NCBI GenBank assembly: GCA_041666265.1
Contig: JBAYHH010000002.1
Coordinates: 9,096-73,095, forward strand
DNA from: Candidatus Magasanikiibacteriota bacterium
GTDB taxonomy: Bacteria > Patescibacteriota > Patescibacteriia > Magasanikbacterales > GWA2-37-8
Direction of reading: 5' to 3'
DNA length: 64,000 nucleotides
Every line of letters begins with the position of its first letter. Positions within the stretch are counted from its first letter, which is position 1. Under the pieces are notes generated by a model. It was given only the letters and a program-made list of their open reading frames with translations, did not search any database and was not told the origin of the DNA. Positions 49,681-59,482 of the stretch are shown here, piece after piece. The position numbers were made by a program, and so were the translations under genes.

Positions 49681-49974
49681 ATGAAAGACAAAATTCATCC
49701 CGAATACCACAATTGCCAGGTGACCTGCGCCTGTGGAAACACCTTTACCACCGGATCGACCATGAAAGAAATCCGCGTGGAAATGTGTAATGTTTGCCAT
49801 CCGTTTTATACCGGCAAACAAAGATTTGTCGATACTGCTCGCCGTGTTGAAAAATTCGCCGAACGCGTTGGCAAAAAAGATGCCGCCGCCGCGACCCGCA
49901 AAGGCAAAAAAGTGAAAAAGGCCGCCGCGACCGCAAAAAAAGCCGCCAAGAAAGCGACCAAGACCGAGGCTTAG
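49681..49974 (+). CDS. rpmE: 50S ribosomal protein L31 (with Lys/Ala-rich C-terminal extension)
   Basis: [59 protein letters not shown]... Confidence 0.95.
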   Translation: MKDKIHPEYHNCQVTCACGNTFTTGSTMKEIRVEMCNVCHPFYTGKQRFVDTARRVEKFAERVGKKDAAAATRKGKKVKKAAATAKKAAKKATKTEA

Positions 49975-49987
49975 CAAAAACATTGAA

Positions 49988-50021
49988 AAACAGACGGGTA
50001 TTTCATACTGTCTGTTTTTTT
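49988..50021 (+). terminator. Rho-independent terminator after rpmE (ACAGACgggtatttcatactGTCTGT plus TTTTTTT)
   Basis: A hairpin followed by a 7-T run. Confidence 0.7.
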
Positions 50022-50157
50022 GTTATAATACCGTATATTGAAAATATCAAATTTTAAATTACAAATAAATCCCAAATTTAAAAACTCAAAGCGATTGGAA
50101 TTTGTTATTTGAAATTTATTTGTGACTTGAAATTTTGAATTTGTAATTTCGCCTATT

Positions 50158-51207
50158 ATGCTCCAAAAATATTTAGACCTAAAAAATAAATTTCTCGCGC
50201 TCGAAGCGGACCTCCAATCCCCCGCTATTATTAACGACCAAAAAAAACTAAAAGAAGCATCGCAGGAATACACGGATTTAAAACCGGTATGCGATAAAAT
50301 TCTCGCGCTCGACGGTTTTGAAAAAAGCCTAGCCGAAACCAGAGCAATTTTGACATCGGAGACGGACGCGGAAATGCGCGAACTGGCCGCGACCGAGGTG
50401 CCAGATCTCGAAGATCGCGTCGCTAAGCTGGAAAAAGAACTGCGCGACCTCACTCGCCCCCATGACCCCTTGGACAAAAAAAATATCATCATGGAAATCC
50501 GCGCCGGCGTAGGGGGAGATGAGTCGGCGTTATTTGCCGCCGAGCTGTTTCGCATGTATTCCAAATACTGCGAGGGACGCGGGTGGAAAGTGGAATTATT
50601 CGATACCAATCGCATCGGCATCGGCGGATACAAAGAAGTTATTTTTGGTGTCAAAGGACGCCATGTGTATAAAGATCTGAAATATGAAATGGGCGTGCAC
50701 CGCGTCCAACGCGTGCCGGACACCGAAAAATCCGGTCGCATTCACACCTCGACCGTCACGGTAGCGGTCATGCCCGAGATCGAAGAAACCGAATTCAAAA
50801 TCAATCCGGCGGATTTGCGTATCGACACTTTTTGCGCCGGCGGTCATGGCGGTCAAAGCGTCAATACCACTTATAGCGCCGTGCGCATCATCCATGTCCC
50901 CACCGGCACGATCGTGCAGTGCCAAGACGAACGCTCGCAAACCGCCAACCGCGAAAAAGCGATGGCCGTATTGCGTTCGCGCCTTTACGAAGTGGAACGC
51001 GAAAAAAAAGAAAAAGAATTATCTGAAAAAAGAAAAAACCAAATCGGCACCGGCGATCGCAGTGAAAAAATCCGCACTTACAATTTTCCTCAAGATCGCA
51101 TCACCGATCACCGCATCAAAGCCAACTGGAATAATATCGGGGCGATCCTCGACGGCGATTTCGCGCCGATCGTCTCGGCCCTGCGCGCGGCCGAGGAGGC
51201 GGAGTAA
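50158..51207 (+). CDS. prfA: Peptide chain release factor 1
   Basis: ...[20 protein letters not shown]...[23 protein letters not shown]... Confidence 0.9.
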   Translation: MLQKYLDLKNKFLALEADLQSPAIINDQKKLKEASQEYTDLKPVCDKILALDGFEKSLAETRAILTSETDAEMRELAATEVPDLEDRVAKLEKELRDLTRPHDPLDKKNIIMEIRAGVGGDESALFAAELFRMYSKYCEGRGWKVELFDTNRIGIGGYKEVIFGVKGRHVYKDLKYEMGVHRVQRVPDTEKSGRIHTSTVTVAVMPEIEETEFKINPADLRIDTFCAGGHGGQSVNTTYSAVRIIHVPTGTIVQCQDERSQTANREKAMAVLRSRLYEVEREKKEKELSEKRKNQIGTGDRSEKIRTYNFPQDRITDHRIKANWNNIGAILDGDFAPIVSALRAAEEAE

Positions 51208-51259
51208 AATAGAGACATTCTGAAACAACTGTCCAACTTTTGGTTTTGCTCAAAAATAT

Positions 51260-53070
51260 ATGTTCAATAAAATACAAAAAATGCCAGCACTGATTACTGT
51301 TGGTATTTTTATTTTATTCGACCTAATTATACGCCGACTATTCCCTTCGGCTCCCATCTCAAATTTTACTTGGTATGGAGTAAATATTTTTTTTAGTTTG
51401 ATATTCTGGTTCTGGATTCACATGATTTTCAATCTAACTAATTGCATGGCACTGCGAAAAATATTTGCCGGTATCATTGCCATCACCGCATCACTTATCA
51501 TTGGCATTAACTTAAAGATCTATCAATATTTTGGCAATTATATTAATTCTGATATTACTAATTTTTTAAGGCATAATCGCTTCTATATCATCGACTGCTT
51601 CAGATCATTTGTTTGGCTAAAGCCACAAAACTTAATTCCTGTGGCAGTGTTAATCGTGTTATTTTATTTGATCTGGCGGCCACCACTGTTAAGTACTTTT
51701 AACAATCACCGTCTTTACATATTTACCATTCCTTTATTACTCGGTTTAATTATGGCATTATCCGCAACCTCGCAATCAATTAATAATACCACCCTCGATG
51801 TGGCAACCATAAAAGCAACTATTATCAGACCGTTTATCAAAAATAAAGGACTGCACCAATCTGCCATGCGCTTCCGAATCAATCCGATCGCTCCGAAAAA
51901 TGACTATAACATCTTGTTAATTATTAATGAATCTTTGGGAAAAAGCAATCTATCATGTTACGGATATTCGATTGCTACCACGCCTTGGCTATCAGAATGG
52001 GTGAATAAAGAAAAAAATTTGTATTTATTTCAAAAAGCATTTACCAACTCCACAGCCACCGATGTTAGTATGCCTTCAATTTTTACGGGCGTTGGCCCGG
52101 AAGAAGGCAGTAATAAACTACACCGCCTGCCGCTGTTGTGGGATTGGGCGAAAGCCGCCGGTTATGAAACCGCCTACCTGACATCTCAAAAAATTGCTTG
52201 GGCGAATTTGGATCAATTCATCATTACCCCGTCTTTAGATTATCTTTTCTCGCCCGAAAATAGTCGCGCGCCCATTATTAATGATACCGGCATCGACGAT
52301 CGTATCACTATAAAAAATTTTGATAATTTTTTAAATAATTTTAAAAAAAATAAATTCTTGGCGGTAATTAACACCAACGCGCTGCACGCGCCCTACCAAC
52401 AAACAAGCGACTTCGTCAACCCCCCCCAGACTTCAACTCACGCTATGATAACGCTCTATTCTTATTGGATAAAACATTAAACCAAACCATCGATATTCTT
52501 AAAAAGAATGGCCGATACGATAATACGATTATTATTATCACTGCCGATCATGCGGATATGGAAAAACGATCCCATATTCCCGGCCGTTTAGCTTCATTTT
52601 ATAATGAAATGACAGCCATACCGCTAATCATCAAATTCCCAACTAATTTTTTTAATGATTATCCGAATAAAATGAAAACTGTAGCGACGAATACTACCGT
52701 CAATGTTGCCAATATCGATCTTTCCCCTACTATTTTAGAAATAATGGGCGTGGGCGCTGAAAATCAATCCATCACCAATCTATTACGCGGCCAAAGCCTG
52801 TTCACGCCCATTGCGCCCGATCGGCCCATGATTACCCTTAACACGAATGATTGGCGATCATGGTCGCAAGACGGCTTTGGGATTACCATTGATAATTTGG
52901 CTTATGTTTTTTCTAATATTGAGGGATTGCGATGCTTCGACCATCTTCGTGACCCCGGAGAAAAAAATAGCATTTGCGCGAATTTTGCTATAATTGATAA
53001 ACAAAAATTTAACCAAATTATCAACAGCAATCATTTCTTAAAAAATATTTATGCCTACGAAGCACCTTAA
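51260..53070 (+). pseudogene. LtaS/sulfatase-family (alkaline-phosphatase superfamily) membrane phosphotransferase, split by a frameshift in an 8-C homopolymer (52420-52427) into ORFs 51260-52480 and 52465-53070
   Basis: ORF1 has N-terminal TM helices plus ...LLIINESLGKSNLSCYGYSIATTPWLSEW...LHAPYQQTSDFVNPP. ORF2, in the other frame, continues DFNSRYDNALFLLDKTLNQTIDILKKNGRYDNTIIIITADH.... Together they form one canonical sulfatase domain. Confidence 0.75.
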
Positions 53071-54595
53071 ACTGTGGCTTTCCGTCATCATATTGTTCGC
53101 CGCTGGTTGGCGATTTTACACCATTATTAATTATGGCGCTTTTTCTTGGGACGAATTATTTAGTTTCCACTACAGCCAAATGCCCTGGATGGATAGTTTT
53201 AAATTTTGGACATGGGAAACAAATCCGCCGCTCCACATGTTTATTTTGAAATTATGGTGGTATATACTTCCGGCGACTGAATTTTGGGCGCGCGTGCCAA
53301 GCATGATTTTTGGTGTTGCCTCGATTTATTGTCTATATGATTTTACTAAACGCATATTCAATAACAATACCGCTTGGATAGCCAGCGTCTTACTCACATT
53401 TTCTCCCTATCACATTTTTATCTCCGCCACTGCGCGTGGATATTCTCTTTTGATTTTACTGACTATTTTGTCGGTAAATTATTTTTTTAAAATTTTTATT
53501 GACAACGACGACTCGCGTGAAAACCGGCTGATTTTTGCCGCGACTCACTTACTGTTAATGCTTACTCATCTTACTGGAGCTTTGGTAATTTTGGCTGAAT
53601 TAATTATTCTTTCGGGACTAAATAGAAAAAAAATTATACTATGGATAAAAACGGGATTAGCCCCGATGTTTCTTTGGTTGGCCTGGGCAGTACCGTCATT
53701 TATATCAAAAGCCAATATTAATACAGCCGGTAAATCATGGTTTTTTAATATCGATAACGATTGGCTTAACGCATTATTTTCTCTTCAAACATTAATTTTT
53801 GGCCTGACATCTATCCCCGCTCGAAGAATCGCTGCTTCGTTTCCTTTTGCGTTTTTTTGGATAACATTATTGGTGATCATGGCGATATTTTGTGCGAGTG
53901 TCGGTATTTGTATTTATTATCAAGTAAAAAATAAGATTGCCGATATAACTTTGCAAATCATTTCCTTGTTCTTTGGTTTGCCGATTCTTATCGCGATCAT
54001 TTTGCATTTATGGCAAGTTAAATTTTTTACAATAGCTCTGCCATTTTTTTTAATATTGTTAGCATATATATTAAATAAATATTTTCCGAAAATTAAAGAC
54101 GCGATTACAATTGCTATTGCAATCAGTTTATTTGGACTTATTATATTTGCTCGTGCTTTGCCAATAAATGATTGGTCGGGAATTAACAGCTACTTACAAT
54201 CACATCGTGATCCCGACAAAAATCAGATATTAATATACAATCATTTTGTGGACAAGCTATTGCTCGAACGATATTTAAAAGTTCCAATCAATACTCTGCC
54301 GTATCTTGGACCAGATGATGCGGGTCTAAATTGGGATCAATTACTGATAAAAACCAATTATTATCGCTACATTCATCCTGACATTGAGATGCTCAAATGG
54401 TACCGAGATAATAATCTGCTAACATATGATCAAATATTTTTACTAAAAGAAATCGGCGTCGGTATTGATATTGATTGGACGCTAATTACCAATCGGTGGC
54501 ATTTTGACGGGGGGATTGTCGGACGATTGGGAGACTTGCGGGCCTTAATGTTGTATGATCACCCTAAAAACCCTACTTCAACAATCAAAAATTGA
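53051..54595 (+). CDS. GT-C fold glycosyltransferase (PMT_2/ArnT-like, family 39/83), polytopic membrane protein
   Basis: ...WDELFSFHYSQMPWMDSFKFWTWETNPPLHMFILKLWW...RVPSMIFGVASIYCLYDFTKRIFNNNTAWIASVLLTFSPYHIF... Confidence 0.85.
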   Translation: MPTKHLKLWLSVIILFAAGWRFYTIINYGAFSWDELFSFHYSQMPWMDSFKFWTWETNPPLHMFILKLWWYILPATEFWARVPSMIFGVASIYCLYDFTKRIFNNNTAWIASVLLTFSPYHIFISATARGYSLLILLTILSVNYFFKIFIDNDDSRENRLIFAATHLLLMLTHLTGALVILAELIILSGLNRKKIILWIKTGLAPMFLWLAWAVPSFISKANINTAGKSWFFNIDNDWLNALFSLQTLIFGLTSIPARRIAASFPFAFFWITLLVIMAIFCASVGICIYYQVKNKIADITLQIISLFFGLPILIAIILHLWQVKFFTIALPFFLILLAYILNKYFPKIKDAITIAIAISLFGLIIFARALPINDWSGINSYLQSHRDPDKNQILIYNHFVDKLLLERYLKVPINTLPYLGPDDAGLNWDQLLIKTNYYRYIHPDIEMLKWYRDNNLLTYDQIFLLKEIGVGIDIDWTLITNRWHFDGGIVGRLGDLRALMLYDHPKNPTSTIKN

Positions 54596-55586
54596 CGCGC
54601 TCGACGCGGAAATAATTTGCGCCGAAGTTTGTAAAAAACCGCGAGCGTATATTTTGACGCATCCAGAATTTTTTGTAACCAAGGCGCAAGAAAGAAAAAT
54701 TTTGGCTTTATTCGATAGGCGTCAAGCGGGCGAACCACTCGCCTATCTCACCGGCCGCAAAGAATTTTACGGACTGGATTTTTTTGTGGACAAGCGAGTG
54801 CTGGTGCCGAGACCGGAGACGGAATTGATGGCGGAGACAGCGATTGATATAATTTTGAATTTTGAATTTCGAATTTCGAATAAATTTCGAAATATTAATA
54901 TCAAAAATAATACGGTGCTAATCGACATCGGCACTGGCAGTGGGTGCGTGCCGATTGCCATTGCCAAAAAAGTGATAGCTTCCCATTCGACTGTCGCTCA
55001 GAGCAGGCTTTCGACTCGCGGAGTTTACCCTGAGCACAGTCGAACGGGCTCCGCTCAGAATGACACTACGGTGATGGCCACCGACATTTCCGCGGACGCG
55101 CTCGCTGTCGCCAAAAAAAACGCCCACCGACATGGTGTAAAAATCAAATTTTTACAAGGCGACCTGCTGTCGCCGGTTATCAAATTCCTTATTCCTAAAA
55201 CCTTTCACCTTAAACCTACCACCTCACACCTAATCATCACCGCCAATCTCCCCTATGGCTGGAAAGCCTGGAAAAATAACTGCTCAATGGCAACACGCGG
55301 ACTGAAATTTGAACCGGCCAGCGCGCTATACACCGGAAAAAAAGGTTTGGAATTGTACGAAAAACTATTCAAACAAATAAAATCGCTTTTACTCCTCAAT
55401 CCTTACCTGCCTACCGGACAGGCAGGCTCCTTAATCCTTCTCATTGAATTTGATCCGCGCCAAACTGTCATGTTAAAAACACTTGTAAAAAAACACCTGC
55501 CGACCGCAAGTGTTTTAATCAAAAAAGATTTAGCCGGCCATGATCGCGTGGCGGTTATCTCCATTACCTACTCACCTCCAGCGTAA
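54555..55586 (+). CDS. prmC: Release factor glutamine methyltransferase PrmC/HemK, with two in-frame repeat insertions (AT-rich and family-A)
   Basis: ...LAYLTGRKEFYGLDFFVDKRVLVPRPETE...IDIGTGSGCVPIAIAKK[IASHSTVAQSRLSTRGVYPEHSRTGSAQNDTT]VMATDIS...ITANLPYG.... The upstream insertion NFEFRISNKFRNINIKNN comes from the GAATTTCGAATTTCGAA repeat. Confidence 0.9.
   Translation: MITLKTLLQQSKIDALDAEIICAEVCKKPRAYILTHPEFFVTKAQERKILALFDRRQAGEPLAYLTGRKEFYGLDFFVDKRVLVPRPETELMAETAIDIILNFEFRISNKFRNINIKNNTVLIDIGTGSGCVPIAIAKKVIASHSTVAQSRLSTRGVYPEHSRTGSAQNDTTVMATDISADALAVAKKNAHRHGVKIKFLQGDLLSPVIKFLIPKTFHLKPTTSHLIITANLPYGWKAWKNNCSMATRGLKFEPASALYTGKKGLELYEKLFKQIKSLLLLNPYLPTGQAGSLILLIEFDPRQTVMLKTLVKKHLPTASVLIKKDLAGHDRVAVISITYSPPA
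54836..54900. repeat. AT-rich short tandem repeat (TTTTGAATTTTGAATTTCGAATTTCGAATAAATTTCGAAATATTAATATC), in-frame in prmC
   Basis: A direct tandem of GAATTT(C/T) units. Confidence 0.65.
54983..55065. repeat. Family-A palindromic repeat, in-frame in prmC
   Basis: CCATTCGACTGTCGCTCAGAGCAGGCTTTCGACTCGCGGAGTTTACCCTGAGCACAGTCGAACGGGCTCCGCTCAGAATGACA. Confidence 0.8.
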
Positions 55587-56607
55587 TTTCCTTGGGCACA
55601 ATTTGAACCCAAATAACGCCTGGCCGCAAAGAAATTTCCGTCCCCGCGCTATCATAAAATCGCGTACGCGCCGAAACAGATTCTTTTTTCCAAGTTCCGC
55701 GCGCCATCACGCCATCACGCCAGACGCGCGCTTCGCCACCACCCACAGTGGTGATTTTTTTGCGATCCACCTCATCAAGCGAACGCACGCTGACAAACTG
55801 CACGATCACATTTTGGGCGTGAATATCCAATTGCTCTTTTGACGAAGCATCGCTCACAGTGCGCGCGAAATATTTATTCGCGCTATCCCAGGTCCACGCC
55901 ACGCTATAGCCAACTCGATAAGGAATACTAAACGCACGCACGCCCTGGGTCGTGCTGGCCGGTAAAATCTCGTCATTATACGCCCAGCCACTCCATGGTT
56001 GTCCGGTGTGCTTGGCGCCATAATCCGCGATTATTTTCTGCCAATTCTCGCTTTTGGTGAATAAATTATGCGGAGCATTGGCATGGTCATCGCGCCAGTA
56101 ATACTCTCCCCACCAAAACTCGTTGGTATCAAAAATCTTTCTTTCTTTGATCAAATCCAGCGCCTCGGCCGAACCGCCCGAATGCATATACACGCCATCA
56201 CCATATTCGGCAAGCCAATCCAAAAAATACGGACGCGCGCTCCGGACCGGACCGACTTTTTCCACCGCCAAATCGCTCGCGGAATAAATCGCCATAAAAC
56301 GCGTAAACCCACCCTCTACCGGCACCTCATAAACAATCGACGCTTGGTCCAGGCCGGATTGCGGATAGGCCACGGGGTGATTGTCGATCATTACCGCCAC
56401 CGCGCGCGGCCAAATCTGTGCCTCGGTCTCCACTCCCTCGCCGGTAAGCGCGCTAAAATAAATATATTCTTTCTCCGGCTCCGGCAAGATGCTATTTTTC
56501 CAAACTGTTTGAGAAAAAAAATAATTGTATAAAATATAGCCGAGCATGAGAGCCGACACCGACAAGAGCGCACCGATAATATACGCGAAATATCTTTTGG
56601 ACAACAT
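55564..56607 (-). CDS. DUF3048-family (YerB-like) secreted/lipoprotein
   Basis: N-terminal TM; ...RAVAVMIDNHPVAYPQSGLDQASIVYEVPVEGGFTRFMAIY... Confidence 0.75.
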   Translation of the reverse strand: MLSKRYFAYIIGALLSVSALMLGYILYNYFFSQTVWKNSILPEPEKEYIYFSALTGEGVETEAQIWPRAVAVMIDNHPVAYPQSGLDQASIVYEVPVEGGFTRFMAIYSASDLAVEKVGPVRSARPYFLDWLAEYGDGVYMHSGGSAEALDLIKERKIFDTNEFWWGEYYWRDDHANAPHNLFTKSENWQKIIADYGAKHTGQPWSGWAYNDEILPASTTQGVRAFSIPYRVGYSVAWTWDSANKYFARTVSDASSKEQLDIHAQNVIVQFVSVRSLDEVDRKKITTVGGGEARVWRDGVMARGTWKKESVSARTRFYDSAGTEISLRPGVIWVQIVPKEITLEVSR

Positions 56608-56737
56608 AAATGAAATTTCAAATAATAAATTACAAGCAACAAATTATTTTTTGGGATTTATTATTTGATATTTGTAATTTATTTGTGATTTGAAATTTTG
56701 AATTTGAGATTTCATGGTATCTTATCACAAAAAACGA

Positions 56738-56770
56738 AAACGCAGAAGGGTCGCCTCTGCGTTTTTAAAA
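56738..56770 (-). terminator. Bidirectional hairpin terminator downstream of rplY (CGCAGAAGGGTCGCCTCTGCG flanked by T/A runs)
   Basis: A hairpin followed by TTTTCGTTTTTT on the minus strand. Confidence 0.6.
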
Positions 56771-56784
56771 TCTGCTTATTGCGA

Positions 56785-57513
56785 TTATTTCTTATCGCCT
56801 TTTTTCTCATCTTTCTTTTCCGGAGCCTTATCGCCCGGTTTAGCGGTGGCGGCGCCCTCTTCGCCTTCAACCACGCCCTCTTCCGCTTCTTTCTTCTTGG
56901 CAAGCTCGATCTTACTGATATCGGCGGTCTTCGAGGCTTCTTCCATCGCTTTGATTTCATCCTCGGTCAAAGCGCGCTGGACCTTGGCCACCACATTTTC
57001 GAGCGGAGGCGACAGCACTTCGACACCGGCGGGGATCGCCAAATTTTTGACTTTGATCATGTCCTCGAAAGTTTTTAACACCGAGACATCCACGATAATT
57101 TGCTCGGGCAAATCTTTCGGCAAACACTTCACATGAATTTCATTGATGTTGTGCACCAAGGTACCGCCCATGGCTTTCACTACCGGAGCTTCGCCGGTGA
57201 ACTTCACAACCACGGTCGCGGTGATCGGTTTATTCATATCGATACGACGGAAATCAACATGGATAAATTGATCATTGATCGGATTGAATTGAACTTCATG
57301 CACGAGGATCTTGCCGGTCGGCTGACCATCAACCATGAGATCCACCAAAGTGGATTCACTCGCTTCTTTGTAAAGTTTGGCAAAATCTTTGTATGACACA
57401 CTCAAACTCTCGGTCGTAGAGCCGGCGCCATAAACCACGGCCGGGATCAAACCGTCCACGCGGGATTTTTCTCCTTGAAGTGTTCGTTTCGTAGCATTTA
57501 GAGTATAGGCCAT
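56785..57513 (-). CDS. rplY: 50S ribosomal protein L25 / general stress protein Ctc, with acidic/Lys-rich C-terminal tail
   Basis: MAYTLNATKRTLQGEKSRVDGLIPAVVYGAG... Confidence 0.9.
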   Translation of the reverse strand: MAYTLNATKRTLQGEKSRVDGLIPAVVYGAGSTTESLSVSYKDFAKLYKEASESTLVDLMVDGQPTGKILVHEVQFNPINDQFIHVDFRRIDMNKPITATVVVKFTGEAPVVKAMGGTLVHNINEIHVKCLPKDLPEQIIVDVSVLKTFEDMIKVKNLAIPAGVEVLSPPLENVVAKVQRALTEDEIKAMEEASKTADISKIELAKKKEAEEGVVEGEEGAATAKPGDKAPEKKDEKKGDKK

Positions 57514-57522
57514 ATCGTTATT

Positions 57523-57852
57523 TTAAAATTCAAACTGTTGAATAAATTGATGAGCATCCAAAACCTCATTGAGAGTAAGGGGTGGTAGAGACATTACGCG
57601 CTGCACATCCTGGTGATTGAGATCTGTGACCGTGCCCACCGAGCTGATGCCCGCTCCCATCTGCATCACCATGGTGATGAAATATCCACCACAGGCGTGG
57701 CAAGTGATATGCACCAGATGCACTTGATTTTTTTGAGCCGAAAGTTTGGCCTCACCCTCGCGATACGGGGCGCTACAGACCGGACACTGGTTCAAAAACT
57801 TAAGCGCCAGGCGCCAATTTTCAGATTTGGGAGTACCGGGTAATGTGGACAT
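57523..57852 (-). CDS. Small zinc-ribbon protein (CPVC...CHAC)
   Basis: An internal Met (MSTLPGTPKSENWRLALKFLNQCPVCSAPY...CHACGG...) avoids overlap with the upstream gene. The track ORF extends to 58065. Confidence 0.5.
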   Translation of the reverse strand: MSTLPGTPKSENWRLALKFLNQCPVCSAPYREGEAKLSAQKNQVHLVHITCHACGGYFITMVMQMGAGISSVGTVTDLNHQDVQRVMSLPPLTLNEVLDAHQFIQQFEF

Positions 57853-57901
57853 AATGATAATATATTTCGCAAAAAATGTCAAGTCTGGGCTGGGGGTAAG
57901 G

Positions 57902-58615
57902 TTAGTCAACCGATTGATCGTCCGGCGGGGCAAAATGCTCGTCGGCGTGCTGATATTTCTCAAGGGTGTCGGTCGGAAACCATTGGCCGGCATGGGTATG
58001 GGCAAAAACCACCCCCAGCAAGGCCATTTTTTCAAAACAATCCCTCTCAATTGATGATACACCATCGGGCAGGATATTCAAAATTTCTGGTTCGAGCACA
58101 TACCCGCCGGCGTTATTTAGATTACTCGGCGCCTCCTCGATTTTTGGTTTTTCGATAAATCGTAAAATCTTGCCATTGTCTAAATGAGCGATGCCGTATT
58201 GAGTCACATCTTCGACGGGAAATAACGACAAGGTGATTTGCGCGTTGTTGATCTTGTGGGTGGCGACCGCGCTCGTCCAATCAAAATCCGCGAGGTTATC
58301 GCCGTTGATCACCAAAAAAGTCTCGTCGATACCGGTAGCCGCTTTTTTGATCGCCCCGCCGGTGCCGAGTGGCTGATCTTCGATGCTGTAGCTGATTTTC
58401 ACGCCAAATTTTTCACCGGTATCAAAATAGTTTTTTATTTTTTCCGCGTAAAATCCGACTGATAATATAATATCGGTGATGCCATGTTTTTTAAAATTCA
58501 AAATCGCGTGCTCGATAATCGGACGATTCTTTATCGGCAAAAGTGGTTTGGGTGTATTTTCGGTGAGCGGACGAAGGCGCGTGCCGAGTCCGCCAGCGAG
58601 GATAATGGCTTTCAT
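57902..58615 (-). CDS. Sugar-phosphate nucleotidyltransferase (NTP_transferase; mannose-1-P guanylyl / glucose-1-P thymidylyltransferase-like)
   Basis: MKAIILAGGLGTRLRPLTENTPKPLLPIKNRPIIEH... Confidence 0.9.
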   Translation of the reverse strand: MKAIILAGGLGTRLRPLTENTPKPLLPIKNRPIIEHAILNFKKHGITDIILSVGFYAEKIKNYFDTGEKFGVKISYSIEDQPLGTGGAIKKAATGIDETFLVINGDNLADFDWTSAVATHKINNAQITLSLFPVEDVTQYGIAHLDNGKILRFIEKPKIEEAPSNLNNAGGYVLEPEILNILPDGVSSIERDCFEKMALLGVVFAHTHAGQWFPTDTLEKYQHADEHFAPPDDQSVD

Positions 58616-58730
58616 CGGAAATATTTAATATCTAATTTTGCAATTGCCGGTTCGCAGCCGGTATTTCGAATCAATTTTGAATATACAATTTCGAAATTCG
58701 AATATTCAGATTTTATTCAAAATTCTAAAT

Positions 58731-59273
58731 TCAAAATTTCACAACATTTATCAAATAATTGGCGGCTGCTCCCACAAACGCCGCCACTGCAAATCCGCCG
58801 ACGATATCTCCGGGATAATGCACGCCGGCAAAAATGCGACCAATCCCCACCCACAGCGCCAGCAAAGCCAATGGCCATGCCAACGGCAGATGCAATACCA
58901 GCGCGGTGAAAAAAATCGTAAACGACCACATCGAATGATCGGACGGAAAAGATTTCCAGGTAAATAATTTGGGGAAAAGCGGACGAAACATCTCCTTGTC
59001 GGCCGGTATCGCCAAAAACGGACGCGGCTCTCGGATGATCGCGGCCAAAATCCAATTCATCGCCCAGCCGACGGCGCCACTGGCCAGCAGTGTCAAAATA
59101 GCGCGCCCGACAAATTGACCGGAGAAATCCGGCACCATCCAAACCGACACCACAAACCAACCGAGCATACCAAAAATTACCAGCTCCCCGCCCGCGCGCG
59201 CGAGAGCGTCCAGCCAGCGATTTTTGCCGGAAAGTCCGTTTATTTTTTGAAATATGTATACATTCAGGTCCAT
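58731..59273 (-). CDS. PAP2-family membrane phosphatase (PgpB/BcrC-like)
   Basis: The three PAP2 motifs are present: K...REPRP; FPSDHS; GRIFAGVHYPGD. Confidence 0.8.
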   Translation of the reverse strand: MDLNVYIFQKINGLSGKNRWLDALARAGGELVIFGMLGWFVVSVWMVPDFSGQFVGRAILTLLASGAVGWAMNWILAAIIREPRPFLAIPADKEMFRPLFPKLFTWKSFPSDHSMWSFTIFFTALVLHLPLAWPLALLALWVGIGRIFAGVHYPGDIVGGFAVAAFVGAAANYLINVVKF

Positions 59274-59362
59274 AGCGCTAATATTCTAACAAATTCACTG
59301 GATTTTGTCCACCCATCGAAAACACCCGAAAAGCTTGAAAAATATTCAATTTGTGGTATGAT

Positions 59363-59435
59363 AGTCACACTCGCGCCTGTAACTCATCGGTTAGAGTGGC
59401 ACCCTTATAAGGTGCAAGTAGATGGTTCGATTCCA
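59363..59435 (+). tRNA. tRNA with anticodon UAU (tRNA-Ile reading AUA), canonical cloverleaf, CCA not encoded
   Basis: GCGCCTG ta ACTC atcggtta GAGT g GCACC ctTATaa GGTGC aagta GATGG ttcgatt CCATC CAGGCGC a. Confidence 0.85.
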
Positions 59436-59482
59436 TCCAGGCGCACAGCGCAATTTTCATCACCACATAATCATCCTATCCT

